From NCBI GenBank assembly GCA_002269645.1, contig NIVC01000466.1, forward strand, positions 1 through 25,568: 25,568 nucleotides of DNA, read 5' to 3'. How positions within the stretch are numbered: position 1 is the first letter of the stretch; the number at the start of each line of letters is the position of its first letter. Of the stretch, positions 21,901 to 25,568 are shown one piece after another. The stretch is from Macrostomum lignano (lineage: Eukaryota). The position numbers and the translations under genes were made by a program. Below the pieces are notes generated by a model. It saw only the letters and a program-made list of their open reading frames with translations. It searched no databases and was not told the DNA's origin.

Positions 21901-23352
21901 GTTTTGCCTCGAGAGAACTGCTAAGCAGCATCTGGACTGGGCCGTTGATGTAATAATAAATCAATCAATATTAATAATAAATCTTCTGATACGATCTTTT
22001 ATTTACAATCCATTCCCCCCCTGCCGCCGTTCCGCAGTCTTAAGAAAGTCAACCGGCCGGATCTCGAGAACACCAGGCACAAGGAGAATTCCTTGAAACT
22101 TTGGATCTTCGAAGCCAAACGTTTGCCAACGAAAAAGAGGTAATAAAACATGAGTAGTTGTAACGCCTGTAGGAAATAACTGTGTAGAGAAAGACTGAAA
22201 ATGAGTTTCTTTTAGTGGACAGAGATCTGTTCTGCAGGAAATTCAGATTAAGGCAAGTCTAATTTCCTGAGGAAGCAAAACATTTTTAGAAATCTGATTT
22301 CCTTTCTCTGGTGAATGGTGATATCTGATATTTTTATTCATGGGATAATTTTCCCCAGTAAACTACATGGTATCGATTCTATTTTTTGTTCAGATGGGAT
22401 GATTATCCCAAATAGGGATTATAGTTCTCTGTTCAGTTGGGATAATTTTCCCAAATAGGGATTCTAGTACGGATTCTAGTTCTCTGTTCAGTTGGGATAA
22501 TTTTCCCAAATAGGGATTCTAGTACGGATTCTAGTTCTCTGTTCAGTTGGGATAATTCTCCCAAATAGGGATTCTAGTACGGATTCTAGTTCTCTGTTCA
22601 GTTGGGATAATTTTCCCAAATAGGGATTCTAGTACGGATTCTAGTTCTCTGTTCAGTTGGGATAATTCTCCCAAATAGGGATTCTAGTACGGATTCTAGT
22701 TCTCTGTTCAGTTGGGATAATTTTCCCAAATAGGGATTCTAGTACGGATTCTAGTTCTCTGTTCAGTTGGGATAATTCTCCCAAATAGGGATTCTAGTAC
22801 GGATTCTAGTTCTCTGTTCAGTTGGGATAATTCTCCCAAATAGGAATTCTAGTTCTCTGTTCAGTTGGGATAATTCTCCCAAATAGGAATTCTAGTTCTC
22901 TGTTCAGTTGGGATAATTTTCCCAAATAGGGATTCTAGTACGGATTCTAGTTCTCTGTGTTCAGTTGGGATAATTTTCCCAAATAGGGATTCTAGTACGG
23001 ATTCTAGTTCTCTGTGTTCAGTTGGGATAATTTTCCCAAATAGGGATTCTAGTACGGATTCTAGTTCTCTGTGTTCAGTTGGGATAATTTTCCCAAATAG
23101 GGATTCTAGTATGGATTCTAGTTCTCTGTTCAGTTGGGATAATTCTCCCAAATAGAGACTATATTGTGCAGCGTTGCATTTCCTCATTAATGGGATAATT
23201 TTCCCATAGAATGATTTCCTTATAAAAAATCACCTCACACCGGCCCAGATATTTCTGCGAAATCTGTCTCAACCACATCCTGTACGCGAGAACAACCAGC
23301 AAAGAGAAAACCGCAGAATCGGATCCGTTCTGGGTGAACCGTTCGAATTCAG
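789..23352 (+). CDS. SYNGAP1/DAB2IP/RASAL2-like: Partial multi-exon gene: SynGAP/DAB2IP/RASAL2-family Ras GTPase-activating protein (PH + start of C2; 5' end and GAP domain outside window)
   Basis: Spliced translation gives family motifs in the expected order: [86 protein letters not shown] and FW(G)EPFEF. These resemble recalled SYNGAP1 WNPRFCII, SIKRTKSQPKLD, HSHESLL, KPVHSSI, KCFACRSAAERDKW and [37 protein letters not shown]...FWGEHFEF. All introns are GT-AG with matching phases. Confidence 0.93.
1431..2368. mobile_element. Putative non-autonomous DNA element/MITE complex bounded by ~90-bp inverted repeats (1431-1523 / 2279-2368), with two internal hairpins
   Basis: ttttcaaaagtggacacagagact...gcgcaatcag is the near-exact reverse complement of ctgattgcgc...gtgtccacttttgaaa. 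CCATAGAC/GTCTATGG recurs. No TSD identified. Confidence 0.6.
1849..1910. repeat. Two tandem copies of a ~35-bp unit (aatacgagaccatagacaattaaacc...)
   Basis: Direct repeat visible at about 1849 and 1885. Confidence 0.7.
2935..3108 (+). mobile_element. Short dispersed repeat (~170 bp), homologous to 13172-13330 in the opposite orientation
   Basis: Shared blocks gcaaccctagcgca, tgtcccacaacc, ccccattcagctgact and ctcacacagggtgtacagcggcc match the reverse complement of 13172-13330. Confidence 0.7.
3152..3924. repeat. GA-rich complex minisatellite (core gagagtggaggagctgagag)
   Basis: Almost all-purine + strand with a recurring core; it generates the spurious L/S-rich minus-strand ORFs. Confidence 0.95.
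3924..3962. mobile_element. hAT-like MITE terminus (gtttcaaaggcccgcaagccggagtttgacgccccatg)
   Basis: Similar to the right end of the 11660-12008 element; resembles recalled hAT/Charlie-type ...gggccggagtttgacacccctg ends. Confidence 0.55.
4013..4087 (-). mobile_element. tRNA-derived SINE head or tRNA pseudogene
   Basis: Minus strand reads GGGGCAGAGCAGCTCAGCGGTAAACGCG...GGTTCAATTCCGTGTCCC, with A-box-like and B-box (GGTTCAATTCC) Pol III motifs but no clean cloverleaf. Confidence 0.65.
4899..5263. repeat. ~22-bp minisatellite (tcttagtgtccatcttcatttg; 4899-5168) followed by degenerate inverted copies (5192-5263)
   Basis: agacactaagatggac at about 5221-5236 is complementary to units of the array. 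Confidence 0.85.
5577..5709 (+). CDS. Exon (EADIFLSSQQPHWSLALLTRIDSPGGLQDFQKFWSKVEERPDLC)
   Basis: Acceptor ttacttcacag|GAG (phase 0, matches the previous donor), 133 nt open, donor G|gtgagt (phase 1, matches the next acceptor). No strong motif. Confidence 0.68.
5789..6128. repeat. Degenerate telomere-like ~18-bp minisatellite (ggttagggtttagggtcat)
   Basis: Repeated TTAGGG/TTTAGGG interspersed with catgg. Confidence 0.85.
6181..6240. mobile_element. Internal fragment of the MITE family at 11660-12008
   Basis: gggccagatgagag...caagagagcta matches the reverse complement of about 11760-11853. Confidence 0.45.
7390..8841. repeat. 30/32-bp minisatellite (agcaattgccctctcagattgtgtgtagttct), about 45 units, with higher-order structure
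   Basis: Directly visible; variants ...tattttt/ttaccc/gcagttct alternate in fixed order. Confidence 0.97.
8904..9073 (+). CDS. Exon, Ser/Gln-rich (DSSYASSADLTSGQSDPSWHRGSMAQ...QQQQQQSAGAKIK)
   Basis: Acceptor ttttaatccatccag|AT (phase 1; an alternative phase-1 AG would start the exon at 8877), donor AAG|gtgagg (phase 0), GC-rich coding-like composition. Confidence 0.75.
9211..10530. repeat. Composite 24-25-bp minisatellite (gtgaacctcaaccaccaacccttga / cttcagtgaacctcaaccactaat / aacctcaacaatcaatcattgagta)
   Basis: Three related unit types occur in blocks A-B-C-A. Confidence 0.97.
10571..10872 (+). CDS. Exon containing the conserved [12 protein letters not shown] motif
   Basis: Acceptor catctcgcag|AGT (phase 0), donor GA|gtacgt (phase 2; a second donor GT|gtgaga would end it at 10878). 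Motif resembles SynGAP SIKRTKSQPKLD. Confidence 0.88.
10914..11284. repeat. 23-25-bp minisatellite (ggttggttgaggttcactgag), reverse complement of the 9211-10530 family
   Basis: For example, gggttggtggttgagtttcactgaaggtg (to 11283) pairs with caccttcagtgaacctcagccaccaac (from 9212). Confidence 0.95.
11332..11622 (+). CDS. Exon, low-complexity P/Q/S/G-rich (PSAAMKRSISMGRLGRQQPPPPPPQQQQQQ...DPASSG)
   Basis: Acceptor tctttgcgcag|C (phase 2), 291 nt open, donor GG|gtgagt (phase 2). Confidence 0.82.
11660..12008. mobile_element. hAT-like MITE (~350 bp) with ~55-bp imperfect terminal inverted repeats and a CT-rich interior
   Basis: gggcaaactccg...gtcctttgaaact (11669-11721) versus agtttcaaaggatc...cggagtttgccc (11947-12002). 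TSD not clearly resolved. Confidence 0.7.
12089..12296. repeat. 33-bp minisatellite, about 6 copies (ggcatctcagcgattccctctgtgatgagatct)
   Basis: Directly visible; each unit contains the complementary ATCTCA...TGAGA(T). Confidence 0.95.
13172..13330 (-). mobile_element. Short dispersed repeat with AGGGCC...GGCCCT ends, second copy of the 2935-3108 family
   Basis: Starts tagggccgctgtacac and ends cacaggccctg; homologous to 2935-3108. Confidence 0.65.
13690..13825 (-). mobile_element. Degenerate CORE-type (MIR-like) SINE
   Basis: ccaattttacagct...gaactgaagca...agagttaagtgtcttgctcaa resembles the recalled MIR/CORE ccattttacagat...aactgaggc...gaggttaagtgacttgcccaa, followed by a B-box-like gaatggaacc. 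Confidence 0.6.
14363..14706 (+). CDS. Candidate alternative first coding exon (MIYLKKRLGVKDKR...AEFLPN), or internal cassette exon starting at 14407 or 14452
   Basis: ATG 14363 follows an in-frame TAA at 14354; the frame is open to the donor TG|gtgagc (phase 2, fits acceptor 16740). Phase-2 acceptors cgcag|T (14407) and ttatttag|C (14452) are also present. S/P-rich, no homology recognised. Confidence 0.55.
14745..15077. repeat. 18-bp G-rich minisatellite (gtcagtgaagtggggagt), about 18 copies
   Basis: Directly visible. Confidence 0.95.
15793..15893 (+). CDS. Candidate alternative first coding exon (MDDVLSVLGKLTRLAEESRRRKCQSQSVFYFSLV)
   Basis: aaactATGG start context (A at -3, G at +4), open 33 codons + 2 nt, consensus donor GT|gtaagt in phase 2 matching acceptor 16740. 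Too short for the ORF track. Confidence 0.55.
15963..16451. repeat. 34-bp minisatellite (gtcactgaggctgaacctacctgtctgaatagta), about 13 copies
   Basis: Directly visible; some 32-bp variants. Confidence 0.95.
16740..17000 (+). CDS. Exon: C-terminal half of the PH domain (GNSLRSALSHESLLQL...RPVHQSL...[17 protein letters not shown])
   Basis: Acceptor atctatcag|G (phase 2), 261 nt, donor GG|gtaaga (phase 2). SHESLL, PVHxS and the C-terminal PH helix Trp are conserved. Confidence 0.92.
17030..17340. repeat. Degenerate ~22-bp minisatellite (gcaaccacttagaaaccgcata-like)
   Basis: caacc...tagaaacc/tagagacc recurs at about 22-bp spacing. Confidence 0.75.
18616..19555. repeat. 22/23-bp minisatellite (tagaacagacattagcagggg[g]), about 40 copies
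   Basis: Directly visible; variation is mostly in G-run length. Confidence 0.97.
20018..21388. repeat. 24-bp purine/G-rich minisatellite (gatgagggagagtggcagataggg), about 57 copies
   Basis: Directly visible; the 24-bp period explains the long ORFs on both strands. Confidence 0.97.
22038..22139 (+). CDS. Exon: PH-C2 linker and first C2 strand ([34 protein letters not shown])
   Basis: Acceptor ttccgcag|T, 102 nt, donor AG|gtaata. Strong resemblance to SynGAP [24 protein letters not shown]. Confidence 0.93.
22400..23155. repeat. 55/57-bp minisatellite (gttcagttgggataattttcccaaatagggattctagtacggattctagttctct), about 14 copies
   Basis: Directly visible; each unit has an internal inverted repeat TTGGGA-n6-TCCCAA; no unique spacers. 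Confidence 0.96.
23249..23352 (+). CDS. Exon: C2 domain ([28 protein letters not shown][G]EPFEF), with apparent 1-nt deletion at 23332-23334
   Basis: Acceptor ggcccag|A, donor AG|gtgagt. As written the exon is 104 nt and reads FW-VNRSNS; adding one G gives 105 nt and FWGEPFEF. Confidence 0.9.
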
Positions 23353-23629
23353 GTGAGTGTAGAAATTTAAAGTTAGTTATAATTATAGTTAGGACTAGCA
23401 ATCTAGCGCCCCCCTTCGGGGTGGCCAATAAGCAAGGGACGAATCCTTAAAAATGAAAAAAAATTCTTAGGGAGGGGGGCTAGGAATCGAATTCTCATTT
23501 TAATTCCAGGCTTATGTACCAATAAAACATGTTTGTGCAGAATTTTATAACAGACATTGAAATTCAACCATACTTGCCTTCTTTCAGAGCTACTTCTATC
23601 AGTATGCTTCAGTACGCTACCAGTACCCT

Positions 23630-24600
23630 TGTAAGCCTTGACATGTCAGCAATCCCCCCCCCACAAGCCTTAACATATCAACTCCCCCCTTGACATCTCA
23701 GCGATGCTCCCATAAGCCTTGAAATCTTAAAAAATCTGTCTACTTTCTAACCCTAACCCTAACCCTAACCCTAACCCTAACCCTAAAGCATTGAAATTTC
23801 AGTAATTCTCTCTAAGAGTCTATAGCACTACTACAGCATTATAGCGATTCCCTGCAAGCCTCGACATCGTAGGGATTCCCAAATGAATCTCTTAACTTCG
23901 ACATGAAGCTTCTTTTTTTTTACATTACGCTTTTTCTATCAGCGATCCCTCCCGTGAGGAGCCAACAAATAATGTAATAACTTTTTTCCAATAAACTACA
24001 TGTAGCTTCTGACATTAGCCTTGACATCTCATTTATTCCCCCGTGAGCCTTGACATCTCAGCTATAGATAGATAGATAGATAGATTCCCCTCGTAAGCCT
24101 TGACATGTCAGCGATGCCCCCATAAACCTTGAAATCTAAAAAATCCCTGTTAACCTTGAAACGCGCTAAATTCTAACCCTCAACCCAAACCTGACGTAAA
24201 CCTAACTTTCACCCAACCTAAAGCCTTGAAATCACAGCAATTCTTCTTCCTAAGCCTTGGCATTTAAGTGATTCCTTCTTTAAGAATCACAGCACTATAA
24301 CGATTCCCCAAGCTTTGACATCGTAGCAATTCCAAATGAATCTTTTAACTTTGACATGACTTTTATTTTATGTATACATAGTGCTCCTTTTATTTTTACA
24401 TGACTCTTCTTCTATCAGCGCCCCCCACCGTGGCAAGCCAACAAAGAATGCAATAAAAAAACTTAAGTAAAGTACATGTACTTTGAAGTAGCTTCTGACT
24501 TTTGCTTTAACATCTCAGAAATCCCCCTGTAATCTCAGTTATTCTCTGTGAGCCTTGACGTCTCAGTGATTCTCCCCAGCACAGCACTATAGCTTCATTT
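23630..24600. repeat. Complex repeat region: diverged ~420-450-bp tandem duplication rich in gacatctcagcgattccc/agccttga motifs, with embedded (CCCTAA)6 and (TAGA)5
   Basis: Paired blocks at about 23701/24111, 23783/24218, 23863/24319 and 23934/24410. Confidence 0.75.
23751..23786. repeat. Interstitial telomere-type repeat (CCCTAA)6
   Basis: Six perfect hexamers. Confidence 0.95.
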
Positions 24601-24626
24601 AATTTTTATGACACTTGTTTCATGTC

Positions 24627-25568
24627 TGACATGACGCTTCTTTTGATTTTTACGTTACGCTTCTTTTATTCTTCCATGATGCTTCTTAATTTTTTAAATG
24701 ACACACTTTCATTAGTTTTTATATGAGGCTTCTATGATTTTTTCATGACGCTTCTATGTTAACATGACGCTTCTATGCTTGTTTACATGACGCTTTTATG
24801 ATTGTTTACATGACGCTTCTATGATTGTTTAAATGACGCTTGTATGATTTTTTACATGACGCTTCTATGATTTTTTACATGACGCTTCTATGATTTTTAC
24901 ATGACGCTTCTATGATTTTTACATGACGCTTCTATGATTTTTTACATGACGCTTCTATGATTGTTTACATGACGCTTCTATGATTGTTTACATGACGCTT
25001 CTATGATTTTTTATGACGCTTTTATGATTTTAACATGACGCTTCTATGATTTTTTACATGACGCTTCTATGATTGTTTACATGACGCTTGTATGATTGTT
25101 AACATGACGCTTCTATGATTTTAACATGACGCTTCTATGATTGTTTACATGACGCTTCTATGATTTTTACATGACGCTTCTATGATTTTTACATGACGCT
25201 TCTATGATTGTTTACATGACGCTTCTATGATTGTTTACATGACGCTTTTATGATTGTTTACATGACGCTTTATGATTGTTTACATGACGCTTCTATGATT
25301 GTTTACATGACGCTTCTATGATTGTTTACATGACGCTTCTATGATTGTTTACATGACGCTTTTATGATTGTTTACATGACGCTTCTATGATTTTTACATG
25401 ACGCTTCTATGATTTTTACATGACGCTTCTATGATTGTTTACATGACGCTTCTATGATTGTTTACATGACGCTTGTATGATTGTTTACATGACGCTTCTA
25501 TGATTTTTTATGACGCTTTTATGATTTTAACATGACGCTTCTATGATTTTTTACATGACGCTTCTATA
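24627..25568. repeat. 22-23-bp minisatellite (acatgacgcttctatgattgttt), about 35-40 copies, runs off the window end
   Basis: Directly visible. Confidence 0.97.

Noticed and set aside
22400-23187. CRISPR-like palindromic repeats and a 108-aa minus-strand ORF
   Set aside because: Units are head-to-tail with no unique spacers, there are no cas genes and the context is eukaryotic; the ORF arises from 57-bp variants.
23747-23786. Chromosome end or fusion site
   Set aside because: Only six hexamers, embedded in a duplicated intronic repeat.
1-25568. Species assignment (GC-rich poly-Q exons and dense minisatellites are reminiscent of some flatworm or other lophotrochozoan genomes)
   Set aside because: An impression only; it needs a BLAST search.

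Overview
AT-rich, repeat-dense animal (probably invertebrate) genomic DNA, not prokaryotic. The whole window lies inside one + strand, multi-exon gene of the SynGAP/DAB2IP/RASAL2 (Drosophila raskol, C. elegans gap-2) Ras-GAP family. By hand translation I joined eight phase-compatible exons: 789-912, 5577-5709, 8904-9073, 10571-10872, 11332-11622, 16740-17000, 22038-22139 and 23249-23352. They cover the split PH domain and the start of the C2 domain. The gene's 5' end and its RasGAP domain lie outside the window. Two further ATG-led candidate exons (14363-14706, 15793-15893) end in phase-2 donors that fit the PH C-half exon. The C2 exon has an apparent 1-nt deletion in a G run (23332-23334). 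Introns hold about a dozen minisatellite arrays, MITE and SINE fragments, and several hairpins. The most unusual structural feature is that two exons are closely bracketed by mutually inverted minisatellite sequence, so the pre-mRNA could loop them out. All alignments and family assignments were made by eye or from recalled sequences; no searches were run.
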